From an uncultured Planctomycetaceae bacterium (GTDB lineage Bacteria; Planctomycetota; UBA1135; GCA-002686595), in assembly GCA_964413535.1 (NCBI GenBank), contig CAYPTB010000058.1, forward strand, positions 1-64,000: DNA of 64,000 nt. The letters are read 5' to 3'. The position numbers and the translations under genes are program-made. Below, one piece after another: positions 25,813 through 34,805 of this stretch; within the stretch, counting starts at the first letter, position 1; each line of letters starts with the position of its first letter. Under the pieces are notes generated by a model, which saw nothing but the letters and a program-made list of their open reading frames with translations, searched no databases and was not told where the DNA came from.

Positions 25813-26943
25813 TCAGCCCGGAATCGCCTCCGGATCCGCGAGGCGATAGCTCGTGCTCCGACCGCCACCCTCGTTCTGCAGCAGGATCCCGCGCAGAGCG
25901 AGCTCGCGGATGTCCCTCAGCGCCGTGTCGGTGGAGCACTTCGCGAGCTTCGCGTACTTCGACGTCGTCAGCGCGCCCTCGAATCCGCCCAACAGGCGGT
26001 TGATCACGACCCGCTGGCGCTCGTTGACTGGCCGGCTTTGGATGCGAGCCCACAATCGAGCCTTGTGGAGCACGGCCGCCAGAGTCTCGTCGGCCGCGTC
26101 GATGGCGCGACCGAGGCAGCCGAGGAACCACGTCAGCCAGCGCGTGATGTCGAGGTCGCCGCGCTGTGCGGCTTCCAACTCCAGGTAGTAGTTCTTGCGC
26201 TCGGCCTCGAGCTGAGTGGAGAGGCTGTAGAAGCGCTCCGTCGTCCTGTCGGCGCGTGCGAGCGCGAGGTCGGCAATGGCCCTTGCGATGCGGCCGTTTC
26301 CGTCCTCGAACGGATGGATCGTGACGAACCAGAGGTGCGCGATCCCCGCGCGCAGGACCGGATCGATCGCGGCGGCGGACTCGAAGTCGCTCAGGAAACG
26401 CTGCATCTCCGCCTCGATCCGATCCGCGGCCGGAGCCTCGAAGTGCACGCGCTCGCTTCCGATGGGACCGGAAACGACCTGCATTGGCCCCGCTTCGCTC
26501 GGACGCCATGCGCCGACCGTGATGCGCGAGAGCCCGCTGCGTCCCGTCGGGAAGAGCGCCGCGTGCCAGCCGAAGAGTCGCTCGCGGGTGAGCGGCGCAG
26601 CAGAGCTCCGCGTCGCGTCGAGCAGCATCTCGACCACGCCCTCGACGTCTCGACTCGGTCGTGGAAGGCCTGCGATATCGAGCCCGAGTCGTCGCGCGAG
26701 CGAGGAACGCACTTCGCTCGGGTTCAACGCTTCGCCCTCGATGGCGGAGGACTTGACGACGTCGTTCGTGAGCACTTCGAGACCTGCCTCCGCGCGTAGG
26801 TCGAAGCCGAGTGCTTCCATCTTCCCGAGCAGCCGTCCCTGCCTGTGACGCACCGCGGCGAGGTCCTGCGCGATCGCCGCCGCATCCCACGTGAACGCGG
26901 GCCAGCGAGGCCGCTCATGCAGAAAGGTGGCGTCCCGTCGCAT
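25813..26943 (-). CDS. Fic family protein (DUF4172 N-domain plus Fido domain) with an intact catalytic motif and an N-terminal inhibitory-helix motif
   Basis: HPFEDGNGRIARA matches HPFx[DE]GNGRxxR. The N-terminal SSAIEGE matches the S/TxxxE(G/N) inhibitory motif of class II Fic proteins. The start is ATG at 26943 (MRRDATFLHERPRWPAFTWD). Confidence 0.8.
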   Translation of the reverse strand: MRRDATFLHERPRWPAFTWDAAAIAQDLAAVRHRQGRLLGKMEALGFDLRAEAGLEVLTNDVVKSSAIEGEALNPSEVRSSLARRLGLDIAGLPRPSRDVEGVVEMLLDATRSSAAPLTRERLFGWHAALFPTGRSGLSRITVGAWRPSEAGPMQVVSGPIGSERVHFEAPAADRIEAEMQRFLSDFESAAAIDPVLRAGIAHLWFVTIHPFEDGNGRIARAIADLALARADRTTERFYSLSTQLEAERKNYYLELEAAQRGDLDITRWLTWFLGCLGRAIDAADETLAAVLHKARLWARIQSRPVNERQRVVINRLLGGFEGALTTSKYAKLAKCSTDTALRDIRELALRGILLQNEGGGRSTSYRLADPEAIPG

Positions 26944-27111
26944 CTCTCGCGGGAGATCGTGCCCACCCCACCGTCGAAGGGCAAAGCAATCACCGCAAGA
27001 AGTGCGGCGATTGGGGCGCGCAATCACCGCACGTTCACGTCGCGGCTCCGGCCGAGGACTTCGACGTGGGTGGGGGAGGCGCTCGCGGCGCGCGAAACGC
27101 CTGATCGGCGT

Positions 27112-27948
27112 CTACAGCATTGGCAGCGTGCGCGGTCGCGGTCCGAGCGGGAAGGCGCGCTCGATCCGGGCGAGATCGGTCGGTAGGAGGACGAGGTCGC
27201 CGGCGCCGGCGTTCTCCTCGACGTGCTCCGCGCGCGAGGCCTTCGGGATCGCGAAGAGCCCGGGCTTCCGCACGAGGAAGGCCAACGCGACCTGGCGCGG
27301 CGTCGCGCCGTGGGAGGAGGCGATCTCGCGCAGCACGGCGCCGCCCGGAGTGCGATCGGGGAACGCGCCCGAGCCGAACGGCGAGTAGCCGACGAGCGCG
27401 ACGCCGTGCGCGGTGCACCAGGGCAGCACCGCGTGCTCGATCCCGCGCTGCTCCAAATGGTAGAGCACCTGATTGCAGGCGATCCGTCCGGGTCCTGCGA
27501 TGGCGAGCGCTTCCTCGAGATCGGGCACGTCGAAGTTGCTGACGCCCCACGCGTCGATCTTCTTCTGCTCGCGGAGCTCCTCGAAGGCTTCGATCGTGCC
27601 GCGGAGGGGCTCGTCCTCGCGCCAGTGGAGCAGGTAGAGATCCAGGCGATCGGTCCTCAGGCGCGCGAGCGAGCGCTCGCACGCCTGGAGCGTGCCCGCG
27701 CGCGACGCGTTGCCCGGCAGCACCTTGCTCACGAGGAAGACCTCGTCGCGCCGTCCGACGATGGCCTCGCCGACGACGTCCTCGGCGATCCCGTACATCT
27801 CGGCCGTGTCGATGTGCGCGAGTCCGAGATCGAGGCCGCGTCGCAGCGCGGTGATCGCGGCTGCCCGCGTCTTCTCGCCGAGCTGCCACGTCCCCTGTCC
27901 GATCACGGGAACGTCTCGCTTCGTCGGCCCGAACGTATGGGTGCGCAT
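27112..27948 (-). CDS. Aldo/keto reductase family oxidoreductase
   Basis: IDTAEMYG, LLHW and the GVSNF...VLPW..HGVALVGYSPFGSG pattern are present. The start is ATG at 27948 (MRTHTFGPTKRDVPVIGQGTW). Confidence 0.8.
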   Translation of the reverse strand: MRTHTFGPTKRDVPVIGQGTWQLGEKTRAAAITALRRGLDLGLAHIDTAEMYGIAEDVVGEAIVGRRDEVFLVSKVLPGNASRAGTLQACERSLARLRTDRLDLYLLHWREDEPLRGTIEAFEELREQKKIDAWGVSNFDVPDLEEALAIAGPGRIACNQVLYHLEQRGIEHAVLPWCTAHGVALVGYSPFGSGAFPDRTPGGAVLREIASSHGATPRQVALAFLVRKPGLFAIPKASRAEHVEENAGAGDLVLLPTDLARIERAFPLGPRPRTLPML

Positions 27949-28176
27949 CCGTAGGTGCTCCGGTGGAAGACCGCGTAGCCCGTGAGTCGGCGGTCGAGAA
28001 GCCCTCCTCCGAGGGTAATGAGTTGCTTTCCGGCTCACTCTGCCATGCTCCGATCGAAAGGCATCGGAGACCCGCCGTCGACACGCCGCGGACCAGCGGC
28101 GAGCCGATTCAGCCTCGAGACCTCGGTCGTTGGTCGACGACCGGCACGTAACACGGCGCGGCCCGCAGCGGGTCGC

Positions 28177-31128
28177 TCACGGGACGGCCGTCATGCTCAC
28201 CGCGTTGCTCGTGTGCGTGACCTCGAGCGTCACCGGAACGAACGTGACGAAGGCATGGTAGAGCACCGTGCCGGCCAAGCTCGGGTCGAGTCCCGACGGA
28301 AGCTTGAAGACGACCTGGCGCGTGCCCTTGGCATCCAGCAAGCCGAGCTTGGGCATCAGGATCGCCGCGGTGCTCGCGTTCAGGAGGAAGTTGGAGTACC
28401 AGTCCGGAACGAGGGGCAGCAACAGACCGTCGATCATCAGTCCGGGAGAAGTACCCGTGGCGCTGCCCACGATCAGGAAGGGGGCTCCGGCGTGCGCCGG
28501 CCCGGCGTCGAGCCGGAGTTCCTGCTTGCCCCCCGTGGCGAGGGAGATCGTCTCGGTGGGCGCGCTGAGCGCGACGCGTTCGAAGGCGCCCAGATCGACG
28601 CTCGAACCTTCCGGCCCGACATCGAGCGCCATGGGATCGTCGATCAGGCGGGGCAGGCCAGTGGCGTCGTACGGCAGGACCTCGTCGAGCACCCCGTTCT
28701 CGTCGAGGTCCTTGTCTCCCACGGGTAGCAGCGCGTCGTCGCCCGTATCGATACCGAGCGAGCCCGTCACGAGGCGCAGGTCGTCGTCGATCGTTCCGAG
28801 GATGCCGTCGGGACCGAGGGGATCGCGGAACAGGGGGTCACCTCCGATGACGTCGGTCCCCGGAAGGTTCCCGGTCCAACCCTGGACGAGGCTGCGCTCG
28901 ATGATCGTGTTCACGGAGTTGAACTGCGACGTTTCGAGGCTTCCGTCATCGTCCTGGTTCCCGTACAGGATGGAGTTCGACACGATTGTCTGGTCCCCCA
29001 GGGTTTCGTTGTACAGCCCGCCTCCCGATGCGCTCGTGTTGTTCGCGACCGTGCAGTTGATCAAGACCAAGCTGCTGTTCGCGAACTGGTAGCAAGCCCC
29101 TCCCTTCTTACCCGACGTGTTGCCACTGAAAACGCATTGGATGGCGGTCACCCTGGAATTGCGGCTCGCGATCGCGGCGCCGTGACCGATGGGCGCGGTG
29201 TTCCCGAAGAACCGGCAGTTGATCAGCGTCACGTCGCTCGCCATGTTCCAGACCGCCGAGCCACCGGCCGAGATGTTGTCGTTGGCCACGAAGTCACAAT
29301 CCTCGAAGAGCGCCTCGCAGAGTCGGTTGTAGGCGCCCGCGCCGCCGTTGTTGAACGTGCCCGCCGAGTTGTCGGTGATGAGGCACCCGCGAATGGTCGC
29401 GCCGCCCGAGCGATTGTTGATCCCTGCTCCGGCGTCTCCTTCATGGGGACCCGAATTGGCGTTGCCGTCGCGAACGACGAAGCGATCCAACCACGCCGTA
29501 CCGTCGGCACCGGTGCCCGAAACGACGTGGATGCTGTTCTCTCCGGTGTTGGCGAAGTTCGGGCCGTCGTCCAGCGCGAGGTCGCCGGTCAAGATCGAGA
29601 TGAGCTCTTCGCCCCGCTCTTCGAGTAACTGTTCCGTGCCCACGAATCCGCCGTACAAGCGCACGCCGGAGAGCATCTGGAACGAGGCGAAGCGATCGCC
29701 GGGCGTGAAACCTCCGCCTTGATCGGGGCGGTAGATCCCGCCGGCGACCCACAGCTCGTCGCCCGGCAACGCCCCCACGAGTGCGTCTTGGAGCTGCGCG
29801 TAGGCGTTCACCCAGCTCGTTCCATCGAGGCCGCCCTGGGAGCCATCCTTCACGTAGACGACCTTCTGGAAGCAATACACATCCGCCTTGCCGCTGCCCT
29901 GGACGGAGCCGTCCGCCAGCGGACTGCCGACGATTGCGACAGGCCCGAGCAGGGCGACGGAGGATCCGGCACGGCCCCCCGCGGCGCTGGGAGTGAGCTT
30001 GAGCGTCTGTTGCCACGCGTTCTTGCGCTCGAAGACGTAAGCCGCTCCGGCGTTCAGGCCGGCGGAGTCCTCGCGGTCCGCTCCGACGATCACTCGGCCG
30101 CCCGAGATCGCCACGGCCTTGCCGAAGAAGTCCGACTCTTGGGCGTCGTTCGCTTCGAGGATCGCGACCTCGTCCCAGGTATCGTCCAGCATCGATTCGG
30201 TGCCGTTCCCGTCACGCTGGTACACGTACGCCGCACCGGAGTTGAAACCGCCGGCACCGTCGAAGAACGATCCGACGACAATCCGGTCCAGACTCGAGTC
30301 GAGAGAGATGCCGAACAGGTCGTCGAAGGCCGCATTCGAAGCGGTCAGCTTGGCTTGCTGCTGCCAGGCGTTCCCGTTCTTCTCGAAGACGTAGACCGAG
30401 CCGGAGTCGAAGAACGGAATGCCCGGGTCCGCATCGTCGTCCTTGGGTGAGCCCACGACGACGGTCGTGCCGAAGACGTCGACCGTCGAGCCGAAGACGT
30501 CGTTGGGCTCGGGGTCCGCGGGCAGGAGCTTGGCGACCTCGACCCACGTTCCGCCCACCTTCTCGAACAGGTAGGCTGCACCGGATTGGGCTCCGAAGTC
30601 GTCGTCGGCCGCCGCGCCGGCCACGATCAGGTTGCCGTACACAGCCACCTCGCGACCCAGGCCGTCGCCGAGGGCGGCGTCGGACGCGACCAACTTGGCG
30701 GTCTCGACCCAGGTTCCTCCGATCAGCTCGAACACGTAGACCGCGCCCGAGTCGACGGCGACGGTGTCGGCGAGCGTGGCTGCGACGACCGCGACCTGCT
30801 TGTGGACGTCGACGCAGTTGCCGAAGGCATCCCCGGCGGCGGCGTCACTCGCGCGGAGCTCGGCCGTGAGTTGCCAGTTCCCACCGTTCAGCCCGAACAC
30901 GAACGCGGCGCCCGCCCCGGAACCCGCCACGTCGTCCGACATGGCGCCGACGATCGCCGTCTTTCCGTACGCCGCGACCGAAAATCCCACTAGGTCGCCG
31001 CTCGCCCCGCCCGGCGTCATCAGCGTTCCCTCGGCGCACTGCTGCGCAACAGCGGGCTCGACGAACATCGAGAAGGGCAACGCGAGAAGGACTTGGATCG
31101 GACGCAACCCGAGCTTGGGGACGAGCAT
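28177..31128 (-). CDS. Large secreted protein (983 aa): N-terminal FG-GAP/integrin-alpha-like beta-propeller repeats followed by right-handed parallel beta-helix (pectate-lyase-like) repeats
   Basis: The signal peptide is MLVPKLGLRPIQVLLALPFSMFVEPAVAQQ. At least seven FG-GAP-like units occur (FG.SVA..G...VVGA..DD...AGAAYVF). Beta-helix repeats follow (IRGCLITDNSAG, INCRFFGNTA, IQCVFSGNTS, INCTVANNTS). The start is ATG at 31128. The upstream 356 codons of the track ORF are artefact. Confidence 0.8.
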   Translation of the reverse strand: MLVPKLGLRPIQVLLALPFSMFVEPAVAQQCAEGTLMTPGGASGDLVGFSVAAYGKTAIVGAMSDDVAGSGAGAAFVFGLNGGNWQLTAELRASDAAAGDAFGNCVDVHKQVAVVAATLADTVAVDSGAVYVFELIGGTWVETAKLVASDAALGDGLGREVAVYGNLIVAGAAADDDFGAQSGAAYLFEKVGGTWVEVAKLLPADPEPNDVFGSTVDVFGTTVVVGSPKDDDADPGIPFFDSGSVYVFEKNGNAWQQQAKLTASNAAFDDLFGISLDSSLDRIVVGSFFDGAGGFNSGAAYVYQRDGNGTESMLDDTWDEVAILEANDAQESDFFGKAVAISGGRVIVGADREDSAGLNAGAAYVFERKNAWQQTLKLTPSAAGGRAGSSVALLGPVAIVGSPLADGSVQGSGKADVYCFQKVVYVKDGSQGGLDGTSWVNAYAQLQDALVGALPGDELWVAGGIYRPDQGGGFTPGDRFASFQMLSGVRLYGGFVGTEQLLEERGEELISILTGDLALDDGPNFANTGENSIHVVSGTGADGTAWLDRFVVRDGNANSGPHEGDAGAGINNRSGGATIRGCLITDNSAGTFNNGGAGAYNRLCEALFEDCDFVANDNISAGGSAVWNMASDVTLINCRFFGNTAPIGHGAAIASRNSRVTAIQCVFSGNTSGKKGGACYQFANSSLVLINCTVANNTSASGGGLYNETLGDQTIVSNSILYGNQDDDGSLETSQFNSVNTIIERSLVQGWTGNLPGTDVIGGDPLFRDPLGPDGILGTIDDDLRLVTGSLGIDTGDDALLPVGDKDLDENGVLDEVLPYDATGLPRLIDDPMALDVGPEGSSVDLGAFERVALSAPTETISLATGGKQELRLDAGPAHAGAPFLIVGSATGTSPGLMIDGLLLPLVPDWYSNFLLNASTAAILMPKLGLLDAKGTRQVVFKLPSGLDPSLAGTVLYHAFVTFVPVTLEVTHTSNAVSMTAVP

Positions 31129-31455
31129 GTCGAATCGCTGAGTTGGGGAGCAGGACGGGACGGACAGTTGCTCGCCAAGCTTATCCCGAGACCCTGCATC
31201 GTGGGGAGCCGGCCTCCTCCAGGAGCGTCCCCCACGACCGTTCGTAAGACGCGCTCCGGAGCGGGCTTGCTCGAGCCGGGCGCGGGAGGTTGGCGTGCGC
31301 GACGCACTGAGGATTCGTCCGCGCCGTCGCCGCTGCGCCGTCCACGAACCCGCGGGTTCGGCCGAATCGCCGAACACCGGTCGACGGCATCTCGATCCGC
31401 GCTCAGTTCGAGCGATTCGACGGCGTCGGCTCGAAGCGGACGACTCTCGACTACG

Positions 31456-32334
31456 ATGAATCCGATGTTTGGCGCAGGTTCGAAGCGCGGCTACGTCCCG
31501 CAATCGCCCGACACGAGCGAGTGGGCCGACCGCCTGCTCTTCGACCATTGGCGCGCGATGTCGATCGTCGAGAAGGCCGAGCTCGTCCGCGACCTGTGCC
31601 AGGCGCAGCACGAGCTCTCGCTCGCCGGCCTCCGCGCGCGGCACCCCGAAGCGAGCGAGGAGGAGCTCGAGCTCATGGCGGCCCGCCTGCGGCTCGGCGA
31701 CGAGCTGTTCGAGCGGATGCTGACGTGCGATCGGCTCGTGATCGTGACGAACGTTGACCCGGTAACCGTCGCGGTCGAGGTCGCGAGGATCCTGGAGAGC
31801 CTCGGGATCCCATACCTCGTCGCCGGATCGATGGCGAGCACGCTGTACGGCGAGCCGCGCACGACGCTCGACGTGGACTTCGCGGCGCACATCGATCCCG
31901 CGCAGGTCGACCCTCTGTGCGCCGCGCTCGAACGCACGTTCTACGTCGACCGCGAAGGAGCTCGGCAGGCCGCTCGGTCGGGCGGTCTCTTCAACGCGAT
32001 CCACACGGGTACGCACGTCAAGGTGGACATCTACGCGCGCCCGCGCACGGGAATCCACGCGGAGGAAATTCGTCGCGCCGTGCGAAGGAGGCTGGGACGA
32101 GGCGCCGAGACGGAGCTCGACGTCGCGACGCCGGAAGACACCTTGATCCAAAAGCTCCGCTGGTACCGCCTCGGCGACAAGGCATCCGATCGTCAATGGC
32201 GCGACGTGATGGGAATCCTCAAGACCATCGGCCCGAAGCTCGACCGCGCGTACCTCGATCGATGGGCGTCGAGCTTGGGCCTGACCGATCTCCTGGAGCG
32301 CGCATTCGAGGAAGCAGGACTGCGCGAGGCGTGA
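31456..32334 (+). CDS. Nucleotidyltransferase-fold protein (AbiEii/DUF1814-like GS..DxD core) with a 110-aa N-terminal helical extension
   Basis: GIPYLVAGSMASTLYGEPRTTLDVDFAAHID matches the G[GS]xA....R.T.DxDF pattern. The C-terminal PEDTLIQKLRWYRLGDKASDRQWRDVMGIL resembles the family's helix-and-basic-patch ending. The start is ATG at 31456. Confidence 0.5.
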   Translation: MNPMFGAGSKRGYVPQSPDTSEWADRLLFDHWRAMSIVEKAELVRDLCQAQHELSLAGLRARHPEASEEELELMAARLRLGDELFERMLTCDRLVIVTNVDPVTVAVEVARILESLGIPYLVAGSMASTLYGEPRTTLDVDFAAHIDPAQVDPLCAALERTFYVDREGARQAARSGGLFNAIHTGTHVKVDIYARPRTGIHAEEIRRAVRRRLGRGAETELDVATPEDTLIQKLRWYRLGDKASDRQWRDVMGILKTIGPKLDRAYLDRWASSLGLTDLLERAFEEAGLREA

Positions 32335-32437
32335 GAGAGCCGAGCGACCGACCGCCCGGCGAATCCGCCGTGGGTCATGGGTCTGCTCGACCGTCGACCC
32401 CGCATCGCGGCCGAAGAGCTATGCTGCGCGCTTCCGA

Positions 32438-32514
32438 GCGCCCGTAGCTCAGCAGGATAGAGCACCGGTTTCCTAAACCGGGGGTCACAGGTTCAAGTCC
32501 CGTCGGGCGCGCCA
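32438..32514 (+). tRNA. tRNA-Arg (anticodon CCU)
   Basis: Manual fold: acceptor stem GCGCCCG/CGGGCGC, D-arm GCUC-AGCAGGAUA-GAGC, anticodon arm CCGGU-UUCCUAA-ACCGG (CCU reads AGG), 5-nt variable loop, T-arm ACAGG-UUCAAGU-CCCGU with one A-C mismatch, discriminator G and encoded CCA. Confidence 0.85.
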
Positions 32515-32727
32515 CGCACACCGCTGCATCGTCCGCAACATTGGGTGAACCGTGTAGCGGGAGCGTCGTCCGGTAGTTGGCATGGCGCACGAGCCGTCGA
32601 GCTCATGAGTCGAAGAGCGGTCCGACACGGATCGAATACGAGAGCAGCGGGGGAACCGTTCGAGCCCAGCTTGGTCCGTTCGGCGAGGTGGCCGGGGTCG
32701 TCGAAGTGCTCGAGCCGTCGTCGTCGT

Positions 32728-34170
32728 TCAGCGCGCTTCGGCGTGGCGCAGGAGCTCGGCCATGGCCGTGTGGCCTTCCTCGAGCGCGAGCTCGAGCGGT
32801 GTGCGGCCCTCGCGGTGCCACTTGTAGCCCACCGCGCGGGGATCGGCGCCCTGCTCGAGCAGGTAGGCCGCGAGATCGCGCACGTCGTGCATCGCGCACA
32901 GGTGCAGCGTGGTCGAGCCCATCGTCTCCTGGTCGGGCGCGGCGCCGTGGTGCACGAGCAGCTCGGCCATCTCGACCGCCTCGCCGGGCTGCTCCTCGCC
33001 GAGCAGCGCGAACCACAGGAGCGGGAAGTCGTGGGCGCCGCGCTCGTGGATCAGGGTCGGATCGCGCTCGAGCCAGAACGACACCGTGCCCTGGTCGCCG
33101 AGCGACACGGCCGTGGGCAGCGAGAGCGGCGCGCCGTGATCCAGGTGGTAGCGGATGATCGGCCGCGCGCCGGTGTGCGCGCAGGCCTCGATGGCGAGCT
33201 CGTCGTCGGTCGAGAGGGAGAAGCTGAGGCGCGCGTCGCGTTCCACGAACTCGCGCACCACGTCGAGGTTGCCGTGCGAGGAGCCGGTGACGCGACTCTG
33301 GGTCTCGCGCGGGACGTCCGCGAGATCGGGTCGTCGAAGGGGCTCGCGGTTGGCATCCAGCGCGAAGCGGGAGGTGCGGTTGTCGCGCGGGACGAGCTCG
33401 TGGCGGGCGAGCAGCTCCGCTCCCGCCTGCCAGCCGAGCTCGAGCGCGAGATCGCGCGACGATCGTCCGGCGGCGTCGACGGCGTCGACCGCGGCGCCCT
33501 TGCGCAGCGCGAGGCGCACGAGCAACTCGTCGCGGCGCAGGACGGCGCCGTGGAGGATCGAGCTCTGCTCGCGCTGGGGCGCGTTCGGATCGCCGCCGTT
33601 CCCGAGGAGGTCGCAGAGCGCGATGCGCGCCCAGCTTTGGCGCGTGCTCTCGAGCGCACCGCGCGCCGGCGTGAAGCCGCTCCCGCCGAAGGGCGCCAGG
33701 TCGGGATCGCACCCGAGGGATCGCAGGCGGTAGCAGTCGTGGCTACCGACCAGGGCTGCGGCATAGAGCGGCGTGCCGCCGATCGGGTGCGAGCGCTGCA
33801 GGGTCGCGGGCTCGGCCACGGCCAGCGCCTCCATGCGCGGCCAGTCCTGCGCCAGAACAGCTTCGACGATATCCAGCTCGAGACCCGTCGCCTGCAACTC
33901 CGCGGCGACCTCCGCGTGGCCGTGGAGGTGCGCCAGGACGAAGGCCGAGCGCCCCGCTCCATCCACGGCGCGGGCGAGCGCGGGCTCCGCGTCGAGCAGG
34001 TTCTTCACCCGGTCCAGGTCGCCCGCTTCGACCGCGTCGAGGAAGGCCCGCGCGTCCGGTCGCCGATCCCTTGCCGCGAGGGACCGCGGAAGGAGCAGAG
34101 AGCAGCACGCGAACGCCCCGAGCGAGGCGAGCGCTTGCCGCCGGGAGGGACGGTTACCCAGGTGTCGCAT
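32728..34170 (-). CDS. Ankyrin-repeat protein with a Tat-type signal peptide
   Basis: SRRQALASLGAFAC is the Tat signal. Multiple ANK units follow (GRSAFVLAHLHGHAEVAAEL, GGTPLYAAALVGSHD, ILHGAVLRRDELLVRLAL, LHLCAMHDVRDLAAYLLEQGADP, GRTPLELALEEGHTAMAELL). Confidence 0.8.
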   Translation of the reverse strand: MRHLGNRPSRRQALASLGAFACCSLLLPRSLAARDRRPDARAFLDAVEAGDLDRVKNLLDAEPALARAVDGAGRSAFVLAHLHGHAEVAAELQATGLELDIVEAVLAQDWPRMEALAVAEPATLQRSHPIGGTPLYAAALVGSHDCYRLRSLGCDPDLAPFGGSGFTPARGALESTRQSWARIALCDLLGNGGDPNAPQREQSSILHGAVLRRDELLVRLALRKGAAVDAVDAAGRSSRDLALELGWQAGAELLARHELVPRDNRTSRFALDANREPLRRPDLADVPRETQSRVTGSSHGNLDVVREFVERDARLSFSLSTDDELAIEACAHTGARPIIRYHLDHGAPLSLPTAVSLGDQGTVSFWLERDPTLIHERGAHDFPLLWFALLGEEQPGEAVEMAELLVHHGAAPDQETMGSTTLHLCAMHDVRDLAAYLLEQGADPRAVGYKWHREGRTPLELALEEGHTAMAELLRHAEAR

Positions 34171-34292
34171 GATGGAGGACCTCTCTCCCCGAGAGCGTCA
34201 GGCCGTATCGAGCGGGGCCAGATCCGCGCGAGCGTTTTTTCGTGGCCCGTCGCGCGCACGACCTGCGCTCTTCTCCCGGAACTCCGTCCACG

Positions 34293-34805
34293 ATGCCGAG
34301 CGATCCTGATTGGAGCCCCGCCGTCTACCGCGAGTTGCGGCGTCTGGCGGAAGGCATGCTGGCCGCCGAACGCAACGGCCACACGCTCGAGCCGACAGCG
34401 CTCGCGCACGAGGTCTGGCTGCGGCTCCGCTCGAGCCGCAACGCGAGCGAGCTCGACGGGGGCGAGCTCGTGGGCCTCGCGGCCCAGGCGATGCGCCGGA
34501 TCCTGGTGGAGCACGCGCGAGCGCGCGGCGCGCGCAAGCGCGGCGGCGATGCGCGCCGCACGACGCTGGACGGCAAGGCGCTGGCGGCGGAGCCCGAGGA
34601 CTTCGTGCTCGAGCTGGACGAAGCCCTGACGGCGCTCCAGGGGATCGATCCCGAGCTCGCGCGCGTGGTCGAGTTGCGCTTCCACGCCGGCCTCTCGGTC
34701 GAGGAGGTGGCCGCGACGCTCGAAACCTCGGCGCGCACGGTCAAGCGCCGCTGGCGCTTCGCGCGCGCCTGGCTGCAGCAACGAATCGGAGAAGCGACGC
34801 CATGA
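34293..34805 (+). CDS. ECF-type sigma factor of the STK-associated family (TIGR02999 / ECF43-like)
   Basis: Region 2 is HTLEPTALAHEVWLRL. Region 4 is ELRFHAGLSVEEVAATLETSARTVKRRWRFARAWL. Its stop overlaps the start of the kinase gene (ATGA). The start is ATG at 34293. Confidence 0.75.
   Translation: MPSDPDWSPAVYRELRRLAEGMLAAERNGHTLEPTALAHEVWLRLRSSRNASELDGGELVGLAAQAMRRILVEHARARGARKRGGDARRTTLDGKALAAEPEDFVLELDEALTALQGIDPELARVVELRFHAGLSVEEVAATLETSARTVKRRWRFARAWLQQRIGEATP

Noticed and set aside
31093-31455. Upstream 121 codons of the track ORF preceding the NTase-like gene
   Set aside because: They are Arg/Pro-rich and overlap the divergent promoter region and the start of the giant FG-GAP gene on the other strand. 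ATG 31456 is taken as the start.
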